Origin: Octopus sinensis
Taxonomy: Eukaryota
DNA: 64,000 nt
NCBI RefSeq assembly: GCF_006345805.1
Contig: NC_042999.1
Span: 104,780,001 to 104,844,000 of the forward strand
Direction of reading: 5' to 3'
Below the pieces are notes generated by a model. That model saw only the letters and a program-made list of their open reading frames with translations, made no database searches and was not told where the DNA came from. Below are positions 27,168 to 41,975 of this stretch, one piece after another; the first letter of the stretch is position 1; each line of letters opens with the position of its first letter. A program made the position numbers and the translations under genes.

Positions 27168-29191
27168 GTTTCTATGTATGTATAAATTAATCGGGCGCGA
27201 CCTACTGTAAAGTCTAAGATATTCATATTTGAATGTTTCTGTGCATTTAAACACTATTTTGATAAATACTGTGATAAGATTAATGGAATAAAATGTCTGA
27301 CTGTTGATAATCAAAGGTATCTGGGAATAGGAGAATAAGTATTTATGGAGAAGAAGCTTCTAGTGACCATTATTTTCCCATTAGGGAAACATATAAATAA
27401 CATGATGCCAGACTGGAAATTAAGTTCTCCATCAGTTTACCTCCATCGTATATTGTTCAAAATTAGAGTATATGGTGGCTTTATGATATAGCATAACTGG
27501 TATTTAGGTACACATATAATCGATTAATTGATGCAGATTATATTATTTAAAACAAATAATAACTTTACTTATTCCTTTATCTATTTCATGTAGTTGATAA
27601 TTATAATAGTTTATAGGTATTTACTGTTGTTGCACAGTTATTTGATTCTACTGGCTCTTCAAATTTATGTCCCACTTCTAGAGGCAGACTTCATAGTAAT
27701 GTCTAGATATAGACTTTATTGCATACAATAAATTTTGCAGGTATCAATGAAAGAATCTGCCAATGTTTTAATATATTCGTACATCCGGGAATCAACCATA
27801 TAGGTCACTATTTGAACTATACAGTTTTATTTTTTTGTCAATATTTCCTCAGTTTTCCTAGGAGGCAGTAAACTGGCAGGTCGTTTGAACGTTGCATACA
27901 CTATTACGCGGTATTTGTGCCGATGTAGAGGGCAACATTGTCTCTTATCTTTTCGGGATCGGTAAAAATATTCCCAATCCAGGCAGCTGTGGATTGATGA
28001 GACTCGTAGAAGATTGCACAAGATGCAGCATTTGACTCGGCTTTTGGGTTCTGATAATGATGCCTCAGAAAATACTTATGCCAAGATGTATTGGTTCGAG
28101 TCTTGGACGTTCGGAAAACATTTTGCCCAGGATTGTATGCACAAATGCAAATGGAGGCTTAGCCTTGATCAAGGGATGCCCTATACGTTTATTTCTTAGT
28201 TTCAATTTCATTCTGTGACTTCCAAATAAATAAGAAATAAAAACTATTTTAAAAAGTAGACTTTGATTTGAAACAAAAATAATTTCAAAACAGAATTGGA
28301 TAGTTAGCAGCCTTACAAAACTTGTGAGAAACGTTTGCAAAGCAGAGTCGTGGAAGATCTTGGAAACCTGCGATGTCGGTAAATATTACCGAAATACGCA
28401 ATTTAGATATTAAGTGGATACAAGCTATGGAAACAGATTATATGTACATAGTTATTATTTGAGACAGCATACGGTCTTTAGTGTCTTTGAAACATAGACT
28501 TTAACATTTAGACTATATATAATCATGTAATATACATTTTAAAATTTGCAAACTAAAGAGATTTTAGCGTGTAGAATATCTGTGTAAACTATATACGCAT
28601 ATTCTTGTCTCTACATGCTGAATTCAGTGTGTAATTGCTTATACATATTGTAAAAGATGGATCTCAAAATGAAGAGATAATTTTAGTTCATAAAATGTTA
28701 AAAAGAAAAAGACAAACTATAATCAAAAGATATTTTACACAGATATAGTCTATTGATGTATTAAGATATCCTTAAGTCATTGCTAACATATTTATTACAG
28801 TGAGGAATAGATTTTTAATTAATCACAACGCTCCGTGCAGTGTAGGGAAGATATTAGCTCAAAGCTTATATTTGATCAAAGGAAGTAGAGACGATATTGC
28901 CTAATCTGAATAATTTAAATTAGAATTACGCATACGGGGCGAGGAGTATTAAGCGCTGTACATTTTTACGGTGGCTAATATTAATTAAATCTTGAAAAGC
29001 ACGTGACAAAATTTGCCATGTTTCAGTCTTACTAGATCACCTCTGATAAACATATTTCAGAGTATATAATAATAGTATTAAGAAAAATAACTAAATAGCT
29101 GTACGATAACGCATTCCATTTAACATGACAATTTACTTATTGTTTTTTACACCTACACATACATACACACTTTGCTACCTATGCCTACATA

Positions 29192-29237
<46 letters not shown>

Positions 29238-30955
29238 GACACCCATATACGCAGTGTATTCGTACAAATATATATAATGCGCTCACACATAACCATATAT
29301 GAGTCATATATGCCGTGGCAGGTGACTTAAAGATAGAATCTATGAAAACTAATTTTGCATAACGTTGACACTAGATTTTTTCTCTTCTTTTGCTTTCCCG
29401 TAACACGCGGATTTAAACTCAGAACACAGATGAATCAGATACCTCATCACCAATCCGTACAAATCGAGATAATCAGGCTAAAACTATTCACGTCAACTAA
29501 TCTGTAACACTCAATTAATATAACGAAAACGGGTTCTAAAAGATTAAGCTGTTATCTTCAAGTTTAGATTCATTCTATCATTTTGTAGACAATTCATTTT
29601 GCCGTTCCTTCTCAGTTGTTGCTGTTGCTGTTTAGCGCTATGTCAGCCCAGATGAGAAACTTTATGATGAAAACCAGTTTGGCCATCTCAATCTCCACCT
29701 TAACGCAGCCATAATGTACACTAGAATACACTAAACATTATGTTCTTTCCATTTTTAGAGTAATTAATGAATTATTTGACAACTTCTTCTATCACACTGA
29801 ATGACTACGAGAAGGTTTCATCTTGGGTTTGTGAAGTTCTTTTTTTGCCTCAGTTTGTCACAGATAAAACCCAGAAGGCTGCATAGTAATTATTCACATA
29901 ACTCATTTAACATAGTGTTATTCCCCATCATATTGAAATCTCTGCGGACGTTGAACCTAGCATGTCAATCACACCAAGTGTAAGTGAAAAATTATTTGCA
30001 TGTGCAAATAATTGTATTCTGAAATATGAAACAATCTTCGAGCGTATGAATAATCTCTCGTTACTTCAACCAAAGTAATTGTATTTTAATTTGTATTCTG
30101 TGTAACATTTAAATACCACGAACATTCAAAGGTGCAATAAATATATATTAAGAATAATTGTTCGCAATTTCTTATATATGAAGAAAGAATTCAAACCAAT
30201 TTGCATATGTCAGCAACTAAATATAAATTTAGTAGAAATATTAAAAATGCAGCATTGATCGAAACGTCCATATATTCAATAGAAGAATACAAATTAAAGC
30301 GTGCATGCATCAGATAAAAAAAGAGATCTTTTAATGTAGATGAGATACAAGAATAGATATTAAAAACTGAGAAGAATAATTAGACTTTTATATATGTATA
30401 AACGATGTCGATATAACATAAGCTGCACAGAATAATAAACAAGATTGAAACAGAATATTATATATGAATTATATAAGTGCTCAAAGCAGAATGAAATGCG
30501 AAGGGAGAAACAATAACTGTTGTTATTCATACATCAGTTACATCAAAAATAAGCTAAAGTTTTAATATAATCAATCGCAAGGGAGGTAATATGATAAGGC
30601 TCGAGGGAAAAGCAAGCAAAACAATTACATCATTTAGAATTCATTATCTAAATTGCACTCAAAGGCATACACACACGCACATCTCTACGTATTAACATAG
30701 AGTCACAATTGCATATACATTTCCTCTGTCTCCATACAAATACTTACTCACATATGAATTCAGACTCGCGTAAACGTACATATACATTTAATAACATAAT
30801 GTTGTTATTCTACTGTGCTTAAATTGCTTAATTATATAAAAGAAAAATATCTATCTATCTGTCTGTCTGACTGTCTGTCTACACATATGTATGCATATCC
30901 ATCTATCTTCCTCGCCTCCCCTCTATATATGTATATGTATGTATATATATGTATT

Positions 30956-31280
30956 AAAAGACTCCGCCGGTTACGACGACGAGGGTCCCAGCTGATACGA
31001 TCAACGGAACAGCTTGCTCGTGAAATTAACGTGCAAATGGCTGAGCATTCCACAGACACGTGTACCCTTAACGTAGTTCTCGGGGATAATCAGCGTGACA
31101 CAGAGAGTGACAAGGCTGACCCTTTGAAATACAAGTACAACTCATTTTTGCCAGCTGAGTGGACTGGAACAACGTGAAATAAAGTGTCTTGCTCAAGGAC
31201 ACAACGCGTCGCCGGGAATCGAACTCACAACCTTACGATCATGAGCCGAATGCCCTAACCACTAAGCCACGCGCCCTCAC
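30956..31280 (-). mobile_element. tRNA-derived SINE (second family), full length
   Basis: Minus-strand head GTGAGGGCGCGTGGCTTAGTGG (A box)...GAGTTCGATTCCCGG (B box), followed by tgtgtccttgagcaagacac. Confidence 0.85.
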
Positions 31281-32859
31281 ATATATATGTATATTACGTG
31301 TGTGTGTGTGCATATATGTGGAAGGTGTTTATAGTTCTATAAAGAATATATATATACATATACATACATACATATATATATATATTTATATGCGTATATA
31401 TTTACACATACATACACACACATATATATATATATTATATATATATATATATAATATATATATATATATAACAATAAATGTATTTATAAAATGCTACGTA
31501 TATACGCATACGCATGTATAAATGCATATGAATAATATTATATGTATATGTATGTGTGTATGTATATATATGTGTGTGTGTATACACATACACAACACAT
31601 ATATATATCTGTATATCTGTATGTAAATACAAATATATACCTGATATCCTTCGGAGAAATGGGGGAAGAAGGTGTTGTCTGAGTAAACAAAATACTAATC
31701 GAATGCAGATAAGCTTTTTCACACGCATTAACACAAGCAAACATAGAAGAACACATGAACTGACACCGATATTATTAAATACATTAGTATTTGTGTGCAT
31801 ATGATCCATATGTGTATGTATTGTGCCGACTGGAAATAGAGAATAATAATAATTAAAAAATGGAGAACAACAGAACGAATACAGACCTTGGCCGAATAAC
31901 AAGTATACTTAATTCTGTAAACGATCCATTTATCCAACTATCCGTTCATCTTTCCATCTGTCTATCCCTATTTTCTCTCTATGCATATCTGTTGTTGTTT
32001 CAATATACTTGTATGTGCACAGATACACACATACATACGCACATATACACGCACATACACACGCAGGTATACTTACCGTTAATTTTCTTCTAACAACATG
32101 ACCAGATGTCACGACTCTCGTCTTCTCAGAGACGACTTGTAAAAGTGTTCATTGTTGATCTATATGCACAGTAAAAAGACAGGAGCGAAGTGGGCGAGGG
32201 CAAGCATTATGAAAGTAGTGAGAATGCTTAAGATATAGGTGTTAATCTTGCTAATAAGAATATAAAATAAAGGAACATTGTGTATCGTTAATCTTCCCAC
32301 AGTTTTCCTCCTACCATCACTAAATATCTCAAAAGTTTTATTGTCATTTCGTTTATCATAATATTGTGATGGACTTATCTTTTACCTAACTTCCTCTCAG
32401 TTATGTTATTTGCTTATGTATTCTTCTTCTTTGATTAATGTGAAGCTTCAGTGGAACACTCGCACAATGAACCGAGTGGTGGAATAAGATGGAGAACCAC
32501 GTAGTTGCAAAGCAAATTTCTTAACCACTGGGGTGTTTAGAATATAATAAAATCATGAGTAACAACAGTTACAGCTGCAGCATTAGTACCAGTATATTCA
32601 CAACAACAGTAATTCTTGTTACTATGGGCACAAGACATTAAATTATGATGGTGATAGGGCTAGCCGCATTTCAGCAATCCCTGTGCTCAACCGTAACTTA
32701 TTCCATCGTTACCAATAGGTTGAAACGCAAAGTCAGCTTTAGTGGCATTTGAACGTAAAGATGGACGACATACCCCTAAGCGGTGAGGTGGTAGGAACGT
32801 TAGCACACCGCTGGCGGTACCAGTCGTCCAGTATAGTCTTAATGTCATCAATTTGAATT

Positions 32860-34070
32860 TGAATGATCTCCACTGTATGGATATAAAGACCAGGAAACTG
32901 CTGACACTAAACAGGATGCACCACCCAGAATCAGATGTCCACACACCTTGCATATCCCACGAAAGAAAAGCGGCAGAGGCCTAATCCAGCTTGAAACGTC
33001 CTATAAAAAGCCAACGATAGGACTTCAAGTGCACATCCAAAGTAACACCGACTGGTTGATACAGCTGGTAAGGCAACATGAACAGATTACGAAATTACGC
33101 TCACTCTCAAGGGAGGAATATAATCACAGACGAGAACTTAACATGCCTGTTTATGATGATGATGAGGACGACACATCACCCACTGGGGCAGCAAAAAAGT
33201 GTAAGACAAAAGCCAAATAGGAAAACTTGAAGGAACTATCAAGGCCGTGGAAGAAAAGAAACAATGCATAGGCAAAACTCCAAACGAGCTGGGGAAGCTG
33301 ATGTAGACATAAGAAGAACCTGTCAGTGGCTGCAAGCGTTGGTTTGAAAACCGAAACAGAAGGAATCATCCTAGAAGCACAAAATCAAAGACTTCTCATC
33401 CGGAACTATCAAGCTAATGTCACCCACAATGTCACACACAATGAGGTAATATCACACACAATGCAATGACAAACTTGAGAGAATTGACCACGTTGTTTCT
33501 GGTTGCCCAGTCCTTGTCTCAACAGAATATAAAATCGGGCGTGATCGAGTTGACCAGTACTTGCACTGGAGCGTACACCATAAGAACTGGTACGAACACC
33601 ATCCAGATTCAGTCACTGAGGGAGAGTATGTAACCATCCTATGAGATTATGGAATACATACAGTCAGGAAAATAAATGGTAACAGACCAGATATTGTCAT
33701 TAAATTCCTGTAACAAAAAACATACCTGTTAATTGACACGACAGTACCTAGTGATAGAAACATGTCAGCAAAAAAACTTTAAAAACTCTCGAAATATAAG
33801 GACCTTGAGATTGAGATATATGGCAATTAAAAACCAAAACCCTTCCTGTTGTTGTAGGTGCACTGGAAATGATCATGAAAGGTATTGACACAATTTTTGA
33901 TCTGATACCTGGGAAACCAACAATCTATAAAACTCAAAAACTTGTGTTGACATCAACCGCCCACATTCTCAGGAAGTTTCTCTCTCTCTAATATATGTGC
34001 CTTACGTCTCTGGTTGAGACCCGGTGAGAAGATGAAATAAAATGCAATTCAATCGGAAAATGATGATAAA
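32860..34070 (+). mobile_element. R4/Dong-clade non-LTR retrotransposon, decayed 3' fragment
   Basis: Peptides RKLLTLNRMHHPESD and GRGLIQLE, an RPDIVIK-like RLE motif and KYKDLEIE; many stops. Confidence 0.75.
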
Positions 34071-34071
34071 A

Positions 34072-34115
<44 letters not shown>

Positions 34116-34127
34116 ATAATAATAATG

Positions 34128-35037
34128 ATAAACAGGCCCGTAGCAAACAAGCTGATGTCGACCAGAAGCACACACACCAATGGTTACGAAGCTCAGCGCT
34201 AAAAGCAGAGAGTGAATGTTTCATATTAGCTGTTCAAGACCAAAGCTTATTAACCCGGAACTACCAAGCCATTGTGATAAAAAATGGAGCTGACCCAAAA
34301 CGCCGATTCTGTAACGATGAGATTGAAACAGTAGACCACTTAATCTCAGGGTGTAGAGTCTTAGCACCTGCAGAATATAAAGCAAGACTTGACAGAATCG
34401 GCCAGTATTTACATTGGACAATATGTCGGCATTATAAAATCAAATCCGCTGACAAATAGTATAAACATCATCCTGAAGCTGTTACTGAGGGAGAAAATGT
34501 GTTGATTCTATGGGACTTCCCCGTGCAGACTGACAGGACTATAAAAGCTAATAAACCGGATATTATTATAAAAGATCAGACAAAAAGGACGTGTTTATTA
34601 ATTGACATGAGTATTCCCTGTGATCACAATATAGCGGCGAAAGAATTTGACAAGATTAGTAAATATAAAGACCTGCTAATAGAAATTGAAAAAAATGTGG
34701 CATCTCAAGGCGACTACAGTACCAGTGATTGTAGGATCTCTAGGAACGATAAAAAAAGGTACTGAAACCTATTTGAAAATGATTCCAGGCTTACCATCCC
34801 TACAGGAAGTGCAAAAAATCGTATTAACTGGAAGGGCTCATGTACTGAGAAGAACACTATCGCTGTGAAAATAACATCCATCCATGAATTTATTTAGTTA
34901 TTAATTTTTAAATACATATGTTATCTTTGAATTTGCGCGTGTAATCTGGAAATGCATACAATGCCCTTCTCTGCCCTAGGTGTATGGAAAACACTCAGCG
35001 AGAAACGGAAGAATATTTGAAGAAAGAAGGAAAAAAC
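34128..35037 (+). mobile_element. R4/Dong-clade 3' fragment (family B, as at 53120-56765)
   Basis: CNDEIETVDHLISGC, ILWDFPVQTDRTIKANKPDIII and SLQEVQKIVLTG. Flanked by (TAC)n(TAA)n at 34072-34127 and (TAA)n at 35038-35064. Confidence 0.85.
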
Positions 35038-35064
35038 ATAATAATAATAATGATAATAATAATA

Positions 35065-35938
35065 AATGTCCTGATTCAGCACCATGAGAAAGCGATGGCA
35101 ATAGAATCCCTTACTTGACAAATACTGGGATAAGCTAAACAGAAAAGAAATAGACAAAATAAAATCCCAACAATGGTTAAGAAGCTCAAGACTCAAAGCA
35201 AAGACCGAGTGATTTTTATTTGCAACACAAGTTCGAAGCCTCACCACCAGAAACACATAATGAAGCAAAATACAGCAAGTAACTTCAGAATATGTTGTGA
35301 TGGGGGGAAGAAAGAATAAATCATATTGTTTCTGGCTACCCAGTCCTGGTTAAAAAGGAATGTATTCACAGACTTGGTAAAGTTGAGCCCTATATATACT
35401 GGAAGCTATGCCAACACCATGGATTGACTACAAAAGAAAGATGATATAGGCACACTCCAGAAAAGGTTTCAGAATATGAGAAAACAACCATACTTTGGGA
35501 TATGCCAAGACACACAGATAGGGAAATTAAGGCTAATTAACCGGTTATAGTTGTTACCGATCATCAAGAAAGAAATGCCTTCTAATCGATGTCTCAGCAC
35601 CCACAGGTGACAATGTATCTCTAAAAGAAACTGAGAAACTCTTAAAATACAACGATCTGGAAATGGAGATAACGCGAATATGGCACCTAAAAACAGAAAC
35701 AACCCCTATAATAATAGATGCATTAGGTATGAATAAAATAATTCATATGCATACATAATCAAAACATCAGAGCTTAAGAATGTATATCACAAACAGAAAA
35801 TAGCATTAATGGGCACAGCACACACCCTACGTAAAGCAATTTCAATACAGCCCCAAAACAAACAACAGCGCATACCCAAGACACACAGTGCTGCGCACGG
35901 TAGTGCGGTGATGGCACGAGATAAAAATAAGAATACTG
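35065..35938 (+). mobile_element. R4/Dong-clade 3' fragment (family A), decayed
   Basis: Homologous to 38080-38935 including the 3' UTR (cacagtgctgcgcacggtag...aaaaataagaatactg); ends in (TAA)n at 35939-36027. Confidence 0.8.
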
Positions 35939-35957
35939 AATAATAATAATAGTAATA

Positions 35958-36027
<70 letters not shown>

Positions 36028-38932
36028 GCTAAATGACTTAATATACGCAGCAGCCACTGCAGCCACAAAAGAAGCTGGATACTCAATCAAACCCGTCCAA
36101 ACAGGAGTACCACCACCCAAACAAACCCTGTGGATAAATAACATCCAAAATAAAATACAGAAAATTAGAAAAGATCTTTCGATTCTTAATGAAATCAGCA
36201 AACAATCAACGCTACTGAGCAACAAAAAGAAAACAAAAATACTCCGCAAATATAACATCACAGAGAAAGATTTGCCTGAAATAAAAGAAAAGCTGAAGCA
36301 AGATATCCTTGCCAAAGCACAAAGCATCCGCCGGTACGAGAAACGCCAACGCTTCTTTGAACAAAACAAAAAGATCAACTCCAACCCCAAAAAGTTCTAC
36401 CAAGAACTTGGCAAAAATAAAATAGAAGTCACTGCAGCACCAACGGCAGAAGACTTGGAAGAATTCTGGAGAGAAATATGGTCGGCGAACGAACAACCAA
36501 ATAAAAGGAGTATCAAAATAACAAACTCGGCATCTGAACAACTTTGGACCCCCATAACAACTGAAGAGGTCACCCAGGCACTGCAAAGACTAAGCAACTG
36601 GAAGGCACCTGGGCATGACAAGATTCCCAACTTCTGGTTGGAATATCTAACAGGAATGCACAAAAAGCTGGCTGAAAACTTTAACAGCATACTAGCAGAG
36701 CCAGAGACAATGCCTGAATGGCTCACGAAGGGGAAAACCCATCTTAATTCCCAAATCAAATGAAACAGAAAAACCAGAAAACTACAGACCAATAACCTGC
36801 CTCCCTACTATGTTCAAGGCATTTACTGCAGTGATATCGCAAAGGTTGAACAAGCACCTGGACGAAAACGAACTGTTCCCAGAAGAGCAGAAAGGATGCC
36901 GCAAAGGCTCATATGGCTGTAAAGATCAACTAATGATTAATAAAGCCATAACTGAAGACAGCCACAGAAAGAAGAAAGGCCTCAGTATGGCCTGGATTGA
37001 CTACAAAAAGGCGTTTGATAGCATCCCCCACACATGGATCCTCGAAACACTAGCCATTAACAAAGTTGCACCAACAATCATAAAATTCATAGAGCACTCT
37101 ATGAATAAATGGCAAACAGTCCTACACTTCCAAACAAAAGAGGGACTCATGAAAACCAAAGACATCCCCATTAGAAGAGGAATATTCCAGGGAGACACGC
37201 TCTCTCCACTCCTTTTCTGCTTGGCACTGTCACCTCTATCTGATATGCTAAATAGAACTGGATGCGGATATAAATGTTACGGCAAAACGATCAGCCACCT
37301 TTTATATATGGATGACCTAAAACTATATGCTGCAAATGACAAACAGCTGGAAACACTATTAAAGACAGTTCATGGATTTACCAAAGAAATAGATATGAAA
37401 TTTGGATTAGAAAAATGCGCCAAAGTAACCATGAAAAGAGGAAAACTAGTTAAGAGTAGCAATATCAGACTAGATAAAACCAATGAAATAAAAGAATTAG
37501 ACCAAAGCCAAACTTACAAATGCTTAGGAATCCATGAACTAGATAAGACACAACACACACAAATGAAAGAGAAAATGAAAAAAGAATATTATAGAAGAGT
37601 TAGATCAATACTAAAAACAGAGCTCAATGCTAAAAACAAGATAATAGGTATCAACACTTTAGCTGTCCCAGTTATAAATTACAGCTACAACATCCTTAAC
37701 TGGACACGAAATGAACTGACCAAAATAGATAGGAAAACAAGAAAAATAATGACAGGATCTAGAATGCATCACCCAAAATCTGACATAGAAAGACTATATA
37801 TACAACGTATAGAAGGTGGTAGAGGCCTTATACAGCTGGAACACTACTATAAGATAACCACCATAGGACTGCAAAAATATCTACTTCAGAAGGAAGGAAA
37901 ACTGATACAAATAGCGGCAAAACACGAGCAAAACAAAAAACTGTTCTCAGTATTTAAGGAAGCTGACAAATACAAACAAGAAATCATACCACCTAATAAA
38001 CATGAAGACGAAGAAGAAGAAGATGAAGAAACAACAAAAGCTATAAAACAAATGAAATCCAAACTAAAAATATAACAGCAACGTACCATGATAAAACGAT
38101 GGCAAGAAAAGCCCCTTCATGGTAAATACTGGACTAAAATAAACGCAAAAGAAATAGACAAAGAAAAATCCCAGCAATGGTTAAGAAGCTCAGGACTCAA
38201 AGCAGAAACAGAAGGATTTTTAATTGCAGCACAAGACCAAAGCCTCCCCACCAGAAATTACCAAAAACATGTAATGAAAAGAAATATTACAAGTAACTGC
38301 AGAATATGTGGAGATGGACAAGAAACAATAAATCATATTATCTCTAGCTGCCCAGTCCTGGCTAAGAAGGAATATATTCACAGACATGACAGAGTTGGAA
38401 CCTACATACATTGGAAGCTATGCCAACATTATGGCACACACCAGAAAAGGTCACAGAAAACGAGAAAGCAACCATACTCTGGGATATGCCGATACACACA
38501 GATAGAGAAATTAAGGCCAACAGACCAGATATAATTGTCAGAGATCATGAAGAAAAAAAATGCTTTCTAATTGATGTATCAATACCGGCAGGTGACAACA
38601 TGTCTCTAAAAGAAATGGAGAAACTCTCAAAATACAAAGACCTGGAAATAGAGGTAACTAGAATGTGGAATCTGAAAACAGAAACAATTCCTATCATAGT
38701 AGGTGCATTAGGCATGATAAAAAAATATTCAGACAAATACATAAAAAAACACCAGGACTTACAAACACATATAACATACAGAAAATTGCACTACTAGGCA
38801 CTGCACACATCCTACGCAGAACACTTTCCATACAATAACCATCAGAGCATCACAACAAATCACAACACATACCCAAGGCACACAGAGCTGCGCTCGGTAG
38901 TGAAGTGAAAGCACGCTATAAAAATAAAACTA

Positions 38933-38935
<3 letters not shown>
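36028..38935 (+). mobile_element. R4/Dong-clade non-LTR retrotransposon, 5'-truncated (family A): RT plus CCHC zinc finger plus restriction-like endonuclease
   Basis: ORFs 36272-36763 (NWKAPGHD), 36810-38075 (EQKGC, WIDYKKAFDSIPH, GIFQGDTLSPLLF, LLYMDDLKLY), 38088-38534 (CRICG...HIISSC, RHD) and 38411-38797 (RPDIIV, IDVSIP, KYKDL). (TAA)n on both sides. Confidence 0.95.
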
Positions 38936-39000
<65 letters not shown>

Positions 39001-40032
39001 GAGTAATAATAATCAGGGAGTAACAACATTTAGTAAATAACAAGAAAACATAAGAAAAACAAGAAAATAGAAACGAGCGAATGCTTCAATGCTGGATCGG
39101 TAATCAGGTTTGTAAATATAGAGGGTTGTATGTGATATGAAAACATTACAGGAATGATCAATTTAGAAAAGTTATAACAAAGGAATAAAAAGAAAAATTC
39201 AAATTTCTGCAGCGAAACTTTCTAAAAATAATTTGTGAAAATCTAATACCTACACAACAATAGAAAATGTATATTAACAAAAGATGCATATAAAAATAAA
39301 ATGAAAAACGTCATTCGAACATGCTTAACTCATTATCTTATGAAATAATTACAAAAAGAAAAAAATCTGTTTCGAAATACTGCTAAAACTTTCTTTAGAA
39401 TAATATAACCAAAGGAGTTTTAAAAACTAAAAGACATTGAAAGAGAGACGAATAGGAAATAGCATCAGTGTTGAAATGAAAAAAGATTATATATGATTAA
39501 ACATGAAAATGAAACTTGAAAAACAAGAGTGGAACATGTGAGCAAGAATTAAAAAAAAGGAAACTAAAGAAACTACGCAAAACGAAACGTAAGCAACCTA
39601 GCAATCAACGTCAATAATAACATTTAAGGTTAAAGAAAGCAAATGCTTGTATTTATTGCGATTGTATATCTTGTAATCAAAGGATGTAAATAACACATAA
39701 CGCCAATAACAAAAAGCAATTTAATGTTTCTTTTGGAATGTTACCACCATGAACTTGCATGTAAAGCTGCAACAAGAAACAAGTATTAAGTATTGTTTTA
39801 AATAAAATTCGAAACAAATTACAATTTTTCCTACAAGAGATTCGTTTGCTCTTAAACAATTTTACACTTTCTACATGTTCTTTGTGTGATCCGTTCCCGA
39901 ATTGGGAAGATGTACATACATTGTTGGCAAGGATACGTTACAAATAAAACAAAAATGAACTTATTCAGTGACGTTGCAGAAGTACCCAAACTTTATTTTA
40001 AAATCGCAAACAGGTATCTGTATATATATATA

Positions 40033-40073
<41 letters not shown>

Positions 40074-40458
40074 ACCGAATCATATCTATCAAAATATATA
40101 GTTTTCCCTCTGAAATTAATTTTGTTTTCGATAGACATATGTACATAAATATAGGTGTAGCTATTTTATCTTTGTTACTCTGCTACAAAACCGAAATGTC
40201 GAGAATTTCGAATACAGCATATTTCAGTGAAAAGTACTTACGACACGTTGTAAGATGAAAAATACCTTACAACAAATTACTTACTCTTCCAATTTTGCAT
40301 TTAACCATTGAAAAACAGAAGAGAACCAAGATAATGTCATTAACTGTTTATCAGGTACGACAAAAGCGTACCATAACGGCTTCGTGAAAAGAATGAATTT
40401 CAAATTCCTCAAATTTTCAAAAGTACATTTACACACACACACACACACACCACACACA

Positions 40459-40509
<51 letters not shown>

Positions 40510-41769
40510 TAAACAGACATAAACACACACAAACACACGTACGCGCTAATTTACTCACACCTATATTAACTCTAATCACATTAGCTGTTTGTTTTCATTG
40601 CAAAGGAAATGAATATCTTGATATGAATCAGTTCTATGTTTTCTCGTTAGTGAAATAAATGAATGTAAGTGAAGTTAGTATATAAACTTACATTTCTGTA
40701 TTTGGCTTGCAAAACTTTCGGTTTGAAATAGTGTGTTTCAAACAGAGGATGTACATTTGGTGGGTTTTATGTCAATAATAAACACACGCACTAGTTTTAT
40801 ATCTCACTCCATCGCATGGCGACGAAAGGACTCAGACGAACCTAGCTTTTCTTCATTGAATGATCAAGTGATTAATTGATTAATTAATTGGCTAAATAGC
40901 TACGTATTTGAATAATATTAGTAAAAGTATTTTGCCTAATGACCCTCTAAGATACAACAAAGTATGTAGTAATTAAATTTTATTGAATTTGATTTTTCCT
41001 ATTTAAAAAAACATATTTTACAATGAAGCCCATTATATTCGTAGACAGAAGAGGCTATTTCGATTTTGTAAGAATCCCTTCAGTACGAATTAATTAAAGA
41101 TCTATTGTTTAGATTATTAAAGGCAACAATATGGAAAAGAAAAGCGAGCATAGTTATTTAATCAAGGGAATATAAATTTTGTTTATAATTCATTAGTGGC
41201 GTAGAAAGGGAAGAAATTTAAGTAAACGTGCATTTCCAGTTCTTTTTTTACTACAGAAATACCTACACATACGTATACATATTGCCGTATCTCTATTTCA
41301 GAAAAATATCCGCTTGCTTTCAAGAGGGTGTTATTGGTAAGATACTGAGTACATGGGCAGAGATGTTTCTTACTTATCTAAACAAAATTAGATTTGTTGA
41401 AAGCAAAATATAATTCCGGTAGACGCTGCCGGACTGGGCAAGCCATGTTGTAAAATACCGAATTTCAGCATTGCAGTCAATACCTTGCTAATTTTGCTAG
41501 TAAACTACTGAGGATCGAAACTGTTTATATTATGCAACTAGATTTATTATGTCCGAAAACATGAGACGAGATGGGTATGAGTTAAAATATCTTTTGTTGT
41601 AGGTTATTTTAATTTACAAAGAAAGATAATATTGTGGATATAACAAAGGTATATTAAATATCATAGAGGGGAAACTGGATTTATTGAAGTAATTTTCCTT
41701 TCGAGATAGAAGTAAAAAATTATAAGTAGCATTTACGATCAATTAGATATGAGGAAAGGAGAATATTTC

Positions 41770-41975
41770 TTTTACTATTAGCATACGGCATGAGGGAGGA
41801 GTCTAGTCGATTACATAGACGCCAGTGCTTGATTGAGACTTATTTCATCGGGCCGGAAAGGGATGAAAGGCAAAGTAGACATCGGTGCATTTAAACCCAA
41901 AACATAAAGACGAACAAAATGTCACTAAGCATTTCGCCTGGTGTCCTAAAGATTCCACCAACTCACTACCTTAAA
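41770..41975 (-). mobile_element. SINE, third family (as at 52290-52505), decayed
   Basis: gatgaaaggcaaagtagacatcggtgcatttaaacc...ctaagcatttcgcctggtgtcctaa...ctaccttaa matches 52396-52505. Confidence 0.65.
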
